DNA of 63,875 nt, filler included, from Neolecta irregularis DAH-3 (GCA_001929475.1; 15 parts of 15 records of this genome joined end to end with filler, not necessarily neighbours in it); one strand, 5' to 3'. Shown: positions 47,385 through 58,393, counted from the first letter of the whole stretch. Notes: generated by a model from the letters alone, not told the origin. Numbers and translations are program-made.

Positions 47385-47560
47385 AAGAAATTCGAACATG
47401 ATGTGATATTAGCCGCAACTATGTGCGGTATTAGCCGCAACTATAAGTTCATAATAAATATCGCTAGTGAGACGAGGAAACCGAAACTTCATGATGAAGC
47501 GCGTAGTAATGGGTGGGAAAGCACTCTGCCATTTTGAAAACAAAATGCTAGACCGACCAA
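47385..47560 (-). pseudogene. Deleted, degenerate tandem copy of the 5' part of the 46809-47288 gene
   Basis: It repeats gaagaaattcgaacatgatg, agccgcaacta, gttcataata, ggaaaccgaaa-cttcatgat and aaaatgctag-ccgacca in the same order, with deletions. Confidence 0.75.
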
Positions 47561-47935
47561 CGGCCCACCAACGGGACCACATCTACCTTGACTCTTGAGA
47601 ATGATGTCTTCTATTACAACATAACCAGATGATGTCACTTCAGAATCTCTTGCTTGGATTCAAAATGAGGTAATCCTACCGCGCCGATGGGCCGCACTAC
47701 TGGCTAAATATGTAGCGTGAACGAGTGGCAAATGTTGATTGTGAGGATGGTGTGGTCAAATAGGGGCAGCGGGGCAGCAGCAGGGTCACTTGAATGCAGG
47801 TAGGAGACAGTGGAAGAAGGAGAAGACAGTATAGAGCAGCAGGGTGAGGCAGATGGGGTGGCGTGGAAGAATACAGATAAAAATATTTCCTTCAAATATC
47901 TAATGTTACGTGATATGACCCGTTTAGGTCCCTGC

Positions 47936-47995
47936 TGTAAGTGTTGAAGCTCGGTTACAAATAAGAATAGGCTATATTCCTAATCTAAGATATGT
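47936..47995 (+). mobile_element. Truncated LTR-family 5' end
   Basis: TGTAAGTGTTGAAGCTCGGTTACAAATAAGAATAGGCTATATTCCTAATCTAAG. Confidence 0.55.
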
Positions 47996-48352
47996 TAGTT
48001 GTCCTTTCGTTTCACTTCAAATAATCAAACATGAACACTCAAGTCGCTATCTTATCGATTGTACTAGCTCTCTCATGCCCATTTGTGGTAGTGGGCAAGT
48101 GTCCTGATAGCGACGGGATAGTTCCTTTTTGTACTGTGAATGTTAAATCATCGGCCCCCACGCCGACGAGTTAGTTCTTTGTTGTTGGGGTTAGTTCTTT
48201 GTTGTCACTTTGTCAACTTCAAAGCCNNNNNNNNNNNNNNNNNNNNNNNNNNNNNNNNNNNNNNNNNNNNTTAATTAATTAANNNNNNNNNNNNNNNNNN
48301 NNNNNNNNNNNNNNNNNNNNNNNNNNTACTCTATTATCATGCATACAAACTA

Positions 48353-49555
48353 TTACAAAAATAGCTGCGTCTGACCATTGTTTATGGTTATGGCAGTTAA
48401 AGCGCCAGTTTTGGCCTTTTTGAACAAACTGGTGTGAAACCGACGGGCTCGAATCTTTTCATATACGCTAGAGAGCACTGCTGTTACGATATCGCGATAC
48501 ATTATTGTCTCCCGGGTACACGGAATCCACAGTGAGAGAGACCGAGGTCGAAAGAGTACCTCTGCCACGGTGATCAATACTACTGTAGCAATCGATTGCT
48601 CATCATTTGCGCTGGAGAGAAGGGTAGCCATAGTTGGACAATAAGGAATCGTGGCAAGCCGGCCACCACGGGCCACTGCGTTTTTATATAGATCCAAAGC
48701 ATGATTCTTCTGTTTATAGTCGATTTGAAAGTAGGATGGTGCTATTGTAGCTTGGATAAAATTTTTTAGTGATTCAGTGTGCCATAATATTTCATAATTG
48801 TTAGGGCCGAATGAAACGATCAGCAGGTTCAAGTTTTTACTTTGAATGAAAAGGGTCTTGTTGGTTGGATCGTAAAAAGTGGAGACATCTTGTTCAGCAT
48901 TCTTGCTGAATATTTCGAGAAAAGTGAATACAATAGTGTCAAACCCTCTCAATAAGGTGTCTGAGTTGGTCGAATGCTGTGCCCATGAAATCAAGGGTAG
49001 GTCCATAAGTTGTCGTACAATATTTACCGACATTGGTGGTTCGCCATGCATGACAATGTTGCCGACCCTTAGAACTTGTTGATCTAACAGTTTTTGATCG
49101 GAAGATCGTTCCGATAGCCCATATTTAGTTTGAATTTCACTAGTCCAATCTTTTTCATCATTGTGAGAAAACCTTGCAGCAAGGTCTGAACTTGATCTGG
49201 CTGACGTGTCCTAGTATCAGAAATCTACATGCCTTGCGAGCATTTACACATATAACAGCACTTCAAACTCGGAATCAGAAGGACTAGAGATCCAGTTTGC
49301 CTCAGATGTGGTAAACATTTGACATTCTTTCGGAAATTGGCCATGAACGATAAAAGAGTGGCAAAAGTATGGGATCAACAGGCATTGCCGCGCGCATTCT
49401 TCTTTTGCTTGGTACTTGTCCATATCCTGGAGATCGAAATAGTGTGATTTCTGCTGCTTTATAGTGACTCGGGTTGAAATCTCTGTGAAATTCTCGAGAT
49501 ATTTTGCCGCGCTGATAGTACAAAGTGTGATCAAACAGAGGACCTTGAGCATCAT
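48353..49555 (-). CDS. Secreted PAN/Apple-domain protein, probably spliced to a C-terminal domain of unknown type
   Basis: Signal peptide MMLKVLCLITLCTISA and PAN pattern EECARQCLLIPYFCHSF...ECQMF. A 39-nt GT-AG intron (49211-49249) would join it in frame to ORF 48353-49051. Confidence 0.6.
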
Positions 49556-50035
49556 GTTGGATATGTTGAACTAGGGTACCAGATAGATTGTCAGGTTCAT
49601 ATAGGGAATCTGTATATAGGTTTTTTTCTAGTTTCAGATCTTTGATTTAAGTTTTACCCTGAAACAGTTCTGCTGCTAAGCCGCTTCTCATTTTGGCTTC
49701 TTTAGTTCAGATTATATTCTACGGCATGATACGTTGTACCTTGCGAAATAGTTGGGTTTGTAATTTCGGAAGACAAGTGGGGTTGGTCGATGAGGATTGG
49801 AATCGCCTTGACGCAGGACGTGATTTAGGTGTATGAAGGCGGTTTCAGGGATTTATTGAGGATACGCGGTAGGGAGGCTGTTTGTAGTGACCCAAGTGGA
49901 CTAGTGTGTATTCTGTGGGAGGGAAGGGTATGCGAAATATAGGATAGTCAGCCTTGAAAAGAAATCCATTATTACCGCCATCAAAATGCTAGCATATCAA
50001 CATCCAAATGAAATAATGATAATTTAGAGTATGTA

Positions 50036-50530
50036 TCACTGTGGGAGATATTCTACAACGGCTACATATAATTCACACACCAAACCCAATAAAAAGTCAT
50101 TTTTCTCGCGTTCGCGCAAGAGTTCTTGTGTTAGCCGAGAATTAAACTTTTTGAGTTCTCGAATCCTGCCGACGCCCAATTTCCTCAGGACTTTTTTGAC
50201 GCTGGTCGGGATATTTTTGTCATCGGTGTATCTTGTGCGTTTGGCGATGTGGGAGTCATGGATTGGTGGCGATGTGGCGTTTGCATAGGTGTGGATGCAT
50301 GTTTCTGCTTTCCGCTTCAATGTCGAGTATAATGCAAGTTTATTTGTTGTTTTACTGGAAACTGTGATTTCGAGGAAGCTCTGAGTTGCTCCATGTGGGG
50401 GTTGGGGGGCAGGGTCGAGGTCTTGAGGAGGGCTGGGGAATGCGCGGATAATATCCGAGGTAATTCTGCGGTTAGGAGTATTGAAGAAGAGTTTTTACGT
50501 GGGGACAGAGGCCTTGCTTGTGGCGGACAT
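50036..50530 (-). CDS. Hypothetical protein with C-terminal coiled coil
   Basis: MSATSKASVPT, a 33-nt intron, then an open frame to ...IRELKKFNSRLTQELLREREKNDFLLGLV. Confidence 0.4.
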
Positions 50531-51015
50531 GAAAAGACAAAGGATAGCGGGCAGAAGGGGAAGGGCAGCTCTTAATAGAGGGTGTGGTGGATCGAGACCG
50601 GCGGAGCAGCCGCACGGCATGTCCGTGATTGAACACAATCAAATATAAGGAGACAGTGCCAGGAATGGCGGTGTAGTTATCTACTCTGTGTATCCGCGAC
50701 TGGACTAGCGATGCAGATGTCACAGCCAACTGGGCGGAGCTGCGTAGTGTGATTAGAAATGCAAGAGCCGGAACTGAAGCTAAATGCTGCCGCTGCGTTA
50801 TCAAGCTCCATCTTGAGAGGGCCAGTGGTGGGGACAAGGGAGTGTTTGTCGAGGCCAAAGGGATCGTCAACGTTTGCAAGCACTAGTGTACTAGACTATT
50901 TGGACTTTGAGGGTGATCTATAGACAGAATGTACAGCAACAGAGTGCACTATCCTCGGATCCTCGGACGGTGCCGGTAGTAGTTCTGGAGATGTGCGAGC
51001 AAGAGCCGCAGGGAA

Positions 51016-51824
51016 TCACCAGCCTCTGTCGGCGAGGCGGTCTTCTTTGCTGATGGCTGCGCAGCTGATGCCGACCATAGCTTCGCCGAGGCCCTCGCTG
51101 ACCTTTGCAAGGATTTGCGGATCCTGCGGCGTTGGAGGAGGTTAGGGGCGGGGACATGCCTTGTAGTGGGTAGTGGCCTGGACGATCGCCCTTGCGCGCT
51201 GGGCGGCATCGCCGCTCTTGAAGATGCCGCTGCCGACGAAGACGCCGTCTGCGCCGAGCTGCATCAGCAGGGCGGCGTCGGCGGGGGTTGCGATGCCGCC
51301 GGCGGCGAAGTTGACGACGGGCAGGCGCCTGAGGCGCGCGGTTTCCTTGAGCAGGTGGAACGGCGCATTGAGCCGGGCGGCGAAGACGTGCAGCTCCTCG
51401 TCGGTCATGGCGGCGGCGCGGCGGATCTGGCTGTGCAGGGCGCGCATGTGGGTGACGGCGGAGCCCACGTCGCCGGTGCCGGCCTCGCCCTTGGTGCGGA
51501 TCATGGCGGCGCCCTCCGCAATGCGGCGCAGGGCCTCGCCGAGGTCGCGGCAGCCGCAGACGAACGGGATGCGGAACGGGTGCTTGGTGATGTGGTGCGC
51601 GCAGTCGGCCGGCGTCAGCACCTCGGACTCGTCGATGTAGTCGACGCCCACGGCCTCGAGGATCTGCGCCTCTGCAAAGTGGCCGATGCGGCACTTGGCC
51701 ATGACGGGCACCGTGACGGCGGCGATGATCTCGCGGATCCGCGCCGGGTCGCTCATGCGGGCCACGCCGCCCGCCGCGCGGATGTCGGCCGGCACCCGCT
51801 CGAGCGCCATGACGGCGCAGGCGC
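51016..51824 (-). CDS. SNZ1: Pyridoxal 5'-phosphate synthase subunit Snz1/Pdx1 (5' truncated by contig end)
   Basis: [84 protein letters not shown]. The last exon follows GC-AG intron 51124-51159 and ends LADRGW. Confidence 0.97.
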
Positions 51825-51924
51825 NNNNNNNNNNNNNNNNNNNNNNNNNNNNNNNNNNNNNNNNNNNNTTAATTAATTAANNNNNNNNNNNNNNNNNNNN
51901 NNNNNNNNNNNNNNNNNNNNNNNN

Positions 51925-53182
51925 AGTTGTTCCACAAGAGGGTAATGCTAATCGACTCGGCGCTCACCGAGATTCTGGTTTGTAAATAACCGCTAGACAT
52001 GAACTAATAGATTGCAGGATCTCACGTTGGTCCTAAGCAGTCGCTACCACCAAGTAAGCCCCCCGGTAGAACTTTCGAGGATAAGAGTGATGGAAAGAGA
52101 GTAACTTTCGAAGACAAAGATAACAAAGGCTTTGTGACAGTTAAACCATCCGGGCCACCACCACCTCCATCGAAAGAGATCTTTGAAGCTTATGCCAGTA
52201 AAACGAAGATAACCACCGCAGTCGGGAAGGGTGGCCCATCTGGAATCGATAAACCGAAAGACAAAGGAAAACAAGTCGTAAAAACCGATGGTGACTTCAC
52301 ATCGCAACCCTGAAGCTAACCCCAGGCACCGACCATCTTGCGGCTATAAGGACCGGCGTAACATTAAAGGCACTAGGTGATCGAGCAAAGAGCGAAGAAC
52401 CCCAAGGTGACTTCATGGAAGAGCTAAGAAAGGCCCAATCAAAGAGGCTAAAGAAACCTGATCCTGTGGAGGGGGGCGTTCTTGGGCCGATCAAGAAGAG
52501 TCCAGATCTTCCACCACCGCGGGGACCGTCGACCAGTAAAGCAGGCCCGAGTTCATCTGGCTTGAAGTCAGCTATACCAGGCCCGAGTTCATCTGGAGGG
52601 TCAACTATACCAGGCCCTAGTTCATCTGGCTTAGGGCCACCACCACCTCCGACAATGAGAATTGAAGATTGGGAATCCAATAAAACGAAGAAAATCCCCC
52701 TAGTCGGGAAGGTTGACCTAGCTGGAGACATATCAGGAACGAAGCTGAATTCAGCTCAAGATAACAAAATCGACAAAGGAAAACAAATCGTAAAACCCCA
52801 GGATGATTTTATGGGAACACTAAAGGATAACCTAACCCGTAAGCTAAAGCCAGTTTCCACAGGAGAACGGGAAAAACCATTAGAAAAGGAAAACCCGACG
52901 CCGACCAGTACGATCGTCAGCAATCAGGAAATGCTTCGCACAGCATTGCTGCTCGCTAGCAAAAAGGTCCAGAAGGGAGATGTTGATGATGAAATCGGTG
53001 ATGATCAAGATGATGATGAAAGTGAAGTCGAAAAACAGAAGCCGAAACCAGAAGATAACAAAGCCGACAAAGTAAAGGATAACACAGCTCGCGATCTTTT
53101 GAAGAACATCGTTGGCACAATGGCCACGGTTGAAATTGATGATAAAAAGGAAGCTGGCATTGAAGATGAAACATGGACATAG
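51925..53182 (+). CDS. Pro-rich protein with three WH2-like motifs and acidic Trp-containing C-terminus (WASP/VCA-like), 5' truncated
   Basis: Introns 51978-52017 and 52291-52325 give one frame containing GPPPPP, DHLAAIRTGVTLKAL, DFMEELRKAQSKRLKKP, PGPSSSG repeats, GPPPPP, DFMGTLKDNLTRKLKPV, an acidic tract and the end GIEDETWT. Confidence 0.65.
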
Positions 53183-53246
53183 GGTAGTGCCTAGGAGTGT
53201 GATAATTTCTTCGTGTCTGACTTGGCCGAGTTGTGGTTTCGCGAGA

Positions 53247-53360
53247 TGTCTGTTTGTTTGTTTGTTAGTCGAACTTGTCTGTTTGTTTGTTTGTTAGTCG
53301 AACTTGTCTGTTTGTTTATTTGTTAGTCGTACTTGTCTGTTTGTTTGTTTGTTAGTCGTA
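53247..53360. repeat. 29-bp tandem repeat x4 (TGTCTGTTTGTTTGTTTGTTAGTCGAACT)
   Basis: Directly visible. Confidence 0.92.
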
Positions 53361-54282
53361 GTTGCTAATTCCTGTTTCCTGTCTNNNNNNNNNNNNNNNN
53401 NNNNNNNNNNNNNNNNNNNNNNNNNNNNTTAATTAATTAANNNNNNNNNNNNNNNNNNNNNNNNNNNNNNNNNNNNNNNNNNNNCTTTTCCATCCAATCC
53501 CAGTCAAAAACAATATCAGTAGTTGGCAAGGAAGAGCTAAATATATTGTTAGTGGATGGTGCTGGAATATTGTAACAATTCCAGTCTTTATTAAAGTGCT
53601 TCGGATTTGCAACGACGAGGCGGGCAAGCAGGGCCAGAGAGTGAGGGTCAAGTGGGCAGTGGACTGGAAGAGGCAGGCGAGTGTGGTGAGAAGAATGAGA
53701 AGAGTGAGGAGGGGAGTTGGCGGGGAGGGGGCGGAGGTGGTCATGGCGTGGATGATAGGGTGGTTGAGAAAGGTGTAGTGCTGGCACTGTGAAAGGGAGC
53801 AGGCAGCGAGGTGCAGGTGGTGGATGGGGCTGAGGATGATGATGCGGCAGGCGCAGGGCAACCAGTGCAGGCAGGCGTAGGCGTGGGTCAAAGTGAGAAC
53901 AGTGGGGCCGCTGTATGCCCAGCCCGTGTGGGGCTGACAAGCTTATAATGTCTTCAACGAATTTTTACCACAGGCATCGCCACCCAGCCGATCAATAGGG
54001 AGGCAAATGGGCAGATGACGGTATCAGCACATGGGCCGAGTCTGTATATAACTAGCGCCTAGCTGGACTAGCTGGCTAGGCTTTAACCTGATATTCAATT
54101 TCCATAGTTACTCTTATTTGCAGTATCTACAGCAGCATATCCAATCTAAATCTCCATCAGCTCCCACCCTAAGGTCGTGTTCTGACAGTTGAGGTCAAAG
54201 CAAAAGGCCTCGATAAGAACTCGTGCAAATCCATGCCTGTAGTCTGGTCAGTGACTTTCAGTAGCAAGACTCGAATGGGGAC

Positions 54283-54774
54283 CTACACCCAGGTGTGACA
54301 ACCGTCTAAATCCTTTGCCATTGTGAATCGGTTGACTGTCGCAATGTTCGCAAAGATCACGAGGTGACGAAGTGTCAGAAGGACTTCAGACACCCAAGGC
54401 CGCTGGAGGGACAAGCCCGTGATTTCTTTCCAAGAGATGTTCTTGATGTTCTTGAAGTCTTGGAACTTCATGATAAGCTCACCCGGCGACTCCGTACCTT
54501 TTTTAGAAATCGCCGAATTTTCCATGCTGAACCGGGTGATGCAGTCATTCTCGAGCATAACATAAAAGACCGACTGGTCAAGGCTGTCGTGTTGTTGAGG
54601 TGTCTGCATGCCTGATGTGTCCAGACGAACTGTCAGTATGGCAATACGACATTGTTGAATTTTGCGATCAAGGCGATCCTTGATGATTGTTTTCTGTGTC
54701 TCGGAGAGGTCCTTTGTATCATGCCCGAGAGCAACTGCAAGGATCGTCTCGAATTCAAAGTCACCTGATGACAT
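54283..54774 (-). CDS. Hypothetical protein ending in a GCHTWV motif; exon structure uncertain
   Basis: 163-aa open frame with globular composition. The ...RFSME...PGELIM...RFTM...GCHTWV layout recalls uncharacterised fungal GCRxWV proteins. Confidence 0.35.
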   Translation of the reverse strand: MSSGDFEFETILAVALGHDTKDLSETQKTIIKDRLDRKIQQCRIAILTVRLDTSGMQTPQQHDSLDQSVFYVMLENDCITRFSMENSAISKKGTESPGELIMKFQDFKNIKNISWKEITGLSLQRPWVSEVLLTLRHLVIFANIATVNRFTMAKDLDGCHTWV

Positions 54775-54780
54775 CTTCAA

Positions 54781-54897
54781 TGTATGTGAGTATTGTATGT
54801 GAGTAAAGACTGAACCAATCTATACTCAGCGTAGTACAAGATCAGACCTTACCTATACTCAGCGTAGTACAAGATGAGTATAGGTGAAGATCTTACA
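54781..54897. mobile_element. Possible short solo LTR (TGTA...TTACA) with internal 23-nt direct repeat
   Basis: TG...CA inverted ends, and ctatactcagcgtagtacaagat occurs twice. Confidence 0.4.
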
Positions 54898-55882
54898 TAA
54901 CCCTTATTGACTCATTCCTCTTCATTCCCTATTACCATCTAATGACGGTTCTTGTCTTAGCTCCATTTCTTAGAGCCACTAGAATGTAGTCTAACCCAAC
55001 CCCACCGGAGACCCTCCGGTGGGCGGGCAGTTCAATCAATCTACGGCAGGCAGGCGGGCGGGCTGGCCAAAATGTTTTTTTTGACAATTAGGATAATAGT
55101 TATACCACTGGCTAGCGTTTATTCAGCTTCAAAGAGGGAAATNNNNNNNNNNNNNNNNNNNNNNNNNNNNNNNNNNNNNNNNNNNNTTAATTAATTAANN
55201 NNNNNNNNNNNNNNNNNNNNNNNNNNNNNNNNNNNNNNNNNNCCCCAGCCACAAGATTCCCCGGCGGGTGGCGGCGCGGGGACACCGGCGAACAGCGGCA
55301 GCAGCGGGTCTGGAGCGGCGAGGGGAAACGGGGTGCGGTGCAGGGCCAGGTGCGCGGCAAGCTGCAGGCTGGCGGGATCGGGGGGCGGCGCAGAGTCTGC
55401 GTCGGCGTAGATGTCTTCGCTGAGGGTCCGAGCGATAGCGCGCAGGGAGGCGGCGCGCACGACGATTGTGGTAGTGTAGCTGACCAAGTTCTCATACCAC
55501 ACCGTGGCCATACCCCGCAATCGGCTATCCGGAACAGGAAGTTCACGTGTAGTATGTGTCGTGTCCAGACTGATTCGGCGTTTCCGCAATCAGCTATCCG
55601 GAACAGGAAGTTCAAGCGTATAGACGTTTCCGGATTCAGCTATGCCAGATAGCGACTTCACGCTTGGATATGGTAATGTGGCGCATATCGACGACGCTTC
55701 CGGGATCAGCTCTCAATAACTTTGAGGAGCTGCTTTTGTACACGAGCGTTATAATTCAATCACTTCTGAACGCCACTTCTTCTGGATGCAGGGCAAAGCA
55801 TCGAGTTGAATCCGGAATAGAAAGACAGCCATTCAGCTATATAAACCGTCTAGATTTCCTCTTGTAGTTGTGATCCTTTGCT

Positions 55883-56302
55883 ATGCTTTATGTCAATATT
55901 CTTGTGCTATCTGTTGGAGTAGTTCTAGCTGCTCCACTGGGTGCTTCGGCAGATTTCGGTTTGTAAAAGCTGCCAGACATACACTAATAGATTGAAGAGC
56001 TCGCTAAACGGAACTATTACAATCAACCACAATATGCTCCACAAAACTTTCAATATGGAGGGTATGCACAACCGGCGTATGATCAAGGCCACAATTACAA
56101 ACCGCAAGAAACTGCTGGGGCGATCGCATATCAACCACAGCACACTGCTGGGCCGATCGCACATCATCCACAGCACGCTGCTGTAGCGACCGCACATCAA
56201 CCACAGCACACTGCTGCACCGATTGTACATCAACCACAACCCAATCCTGCGCCTGAAGGTGATACTGGTGCGCCACCACCGCCGCCACCAAAAGTCGCCC
56301 CC
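55883..56302 (+). CDS. Secreted Pro/Gln/His-rich repeat protein, 5' part (3' truncated by contig end); missed by the ORF track
   Basis: TATATAAA at about 55838. MLYVNILVLSVGVVLAAPLGASADF, intron 55959-55997, then ELAKR (Kex2 site), NYYNQPQY..., four 11-aa HQPQHTAxPIA-type repeats and GAPPPPPPKVAP. Confidence 0.7.
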
Positions 56303-56508
56303 NNNNNNNNNNNNNNNNNNNNNNNNNNNNNNNNNNNNNNNNNNNNTTAATTAATTAANNNNNNNNNNNNNNNNNNNNNNNNNNNNNNNNNNNNNNNNNN
56401 NNTCTGAAGTTTATTGGGATCGTCCCTATTATACCAAGTTCAGTAAGTTTCGGTAACTTCGCATAACTTGGTTAGTCATTATATCGCATCCGAGTTATCT
56501 CGCCTACA

Positions 56509-57727
56509 GCATTCCAGATCAATGCACATTGGAGCTACTATAAGCATACCATAACGACCCTTCAAGTGGCCACCCTGGACCTAGGAAATTACTATCGGCA
56601 TTGGTAAAAAAGTTTTATTGGAAGAAGATATCTGCGCAAGTAGATGATTTCTGCAATTCGTGTATGGTATGCGCTAAAGTAAAGGTAGATACCAGAAAAA
56701 AAGCAGGACTGCTAAAACCCCTAGAGATCCCAGAGGAACGCTGGTTAGAGATCACCATGGATTTCGTTACTGGACTACCGAAAATAAAAGGATATGATGC
56801 AATACTGACCGTCGTCGATAGAGCAACCCGGAGTTGCCACTTTTGGCCTTCGAAGACAACATGTTCAGCAAAAGAACTTGCAAAATTACTTCTAGATTGG
56901 TATTACCAGTTACATGGGATCCCCAAATCAATCATATCGGATAGGGGCCCACAGTTCGACTCAAAGTTTTGGCAAGAGTTTTGGAAATTGATTGGAACAG
57001 ATATTAAACTCTCGACGGCATACCACCCACAGACGGATGGATTATCAGAAAGGATGAACAGGGTCGTCGAAGATTATTTAAAGATGTTCATCGAAAAAGA
57101 TGCCAATTGGTTATCCCTGCTAGCAACAGCAGAATTCGCGTACAACAGCTCGGTTTCGGCATCTCTTGGATTCACCCCATTTGAAGTTGACCCAGGATAT
57201 AATCCGCGGTCAACTAAGGACCTCAAGTACAGAGGTTCTAACCCCTCAGTAATGGAGTTCTCAGCAGAGCATCAGAGGATATTCGATAATGCCCAGGCTG
57301 CATTGGCTAGAGCACAACAAGCTCAGAAAATGCAAGCTGACAGACATAGGAGAACAGACAGCTTTCAAGAGGGGGACAAGGTTTTTCTATCAACAGAAAA
57401 CCTGAGGGTAATCCCAGAGGGAAAGCAGCAGATGCTGCCACCAAAACTACAAGTGAGGTACGAAGGACCGTTTAGGATCTAAAGGAAATTATCTGAATTA
57501 AATTACGAACTTGAGCTCCCTCCATCATCACGCATCCACCCTGTCGTACATATATCGCGATTGAAAAGGAAAACTGAAATGGCAGAAACAGTCAAACGGG
57601 ACCTACCACCACCAGGGCCATCAAAAATCTACAGTGATAGATCCGGAGAATACGAACTGGAAGCTATTCTCGACTGTAAAAGAGCCGGGAATGGGTATAA
57701 GTACCTGGTAAGGTGGAAAGGTTACAG
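56509..57727 (+). mobile_element. Degenerate Ty3/Gypsy chromovirus pol fragment: integrase (HHCC, DDE, GPY/F) plus chromodomain
   Basis: YHNDPSSGHPG...CNSCMVC, ITMDFVTGLP, IISDRGPQF, STAYHPQTDGLSERMN, YEGPFRI* (stop 57480-57482), IHPVVHISRLK and EYELEAILD...KYLVRWKGYS. Confidence 0.95.
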
Positions 57728-57917
57728 TGTCAACGAAATACCTCTTGGGTATTTCGCCGAACCAGGTTATGTGAAGTTAACCAAACTTACTGAACCTGGT
57801 ATACTTTTGCAGGACTCNNNNNNNNNNNNNNNNNNNNNNNNNNNNNNNNNNNNNNNNNNNNTTAATTAATTAANNNNNNNNNNNNNNNNNNNNNNNNNNN
57901 NNNNNNNNNNNNNNNNN

Positions 57918-58051
57918 TGTAACTCCGTACAGGGACATACCTAGCCTAAGTGTTGTAACTCAGGCTAGGTATAACTATAAACTGCGCTACGTATTCCACC
58001 AATGCCTGATTACTGTATTGGTAAGGTATAGCGACTGGGTATATCCTTACA
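57918..58051 (+). mobile_element. Possible solo LTR (TGTAA...TTACA, 134 bp)
   Basis: 5-bp inverted ends. It shares ggacatacctagcctaagtg-like sequence with 59160-59205. Confidence 0.5.
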
Positions 58052-58211
58052 CGCTCCGCCTTCGCAGCAGCAGCAACTATTTCCAGCAACATGCTTATTT
58101 CCAGCAGCATGATCTCTTCCAGTGCATCCTCCCACTAGAGCCCACCAAAGTCCTTGCCATAACCCGCCGGAGCCTCCCCGGCAGGCGGGCGGTTCAGATT
58201 CCTCCAGTGGG

Positions 58212-58393
58212 CAGTGGTTGCAATGGGCCATGGGCCGATATGGGCTTTTTCACGTGATATTATATAATACTACCTAACCGCCTTCCTACCTGCCTCGTCT
58301 ACGCGTCTTGCCCGCCTCTCCCGCTGGCCCGCCTTGCACCCGTGGGCCGGGCCGTCCATGGGCCGGGCTTTACAAAAAGCCCATCCAACACTG
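58212..58393. mobile_element. 182-bp hAT-like MITE
   Basis: The left end is CAGTGGTTGCAATGGGC and the right end reverse complement is CAGTGTTGGATGGGC. It has GGGCC subterminal repeats and is homologous to 39744-40575. No clear 8-bp TSD. Confidence 0.7.

Noticed and set aside
52291..52325. Apparent frameshift in the WH2 gene
   Set aside because: It is explained by a canonical 35-nt intron (gtgact...gctaac cccag).
53247..53360. Short direct repeats resembling a CRISPR array (also 46486-46650, 56110-56240)
   Set aside because: They are head-to-tail with no unique spacers, in a eukaryotic context. The last is a coding repeat.
55001..55023. 10-bp GC hairpin CCCACCGGAG-ACC-CTCCGGTGGG
   Set aside because: It is isolated, with no CTRR end at Helitron spacing or other context to support a function.
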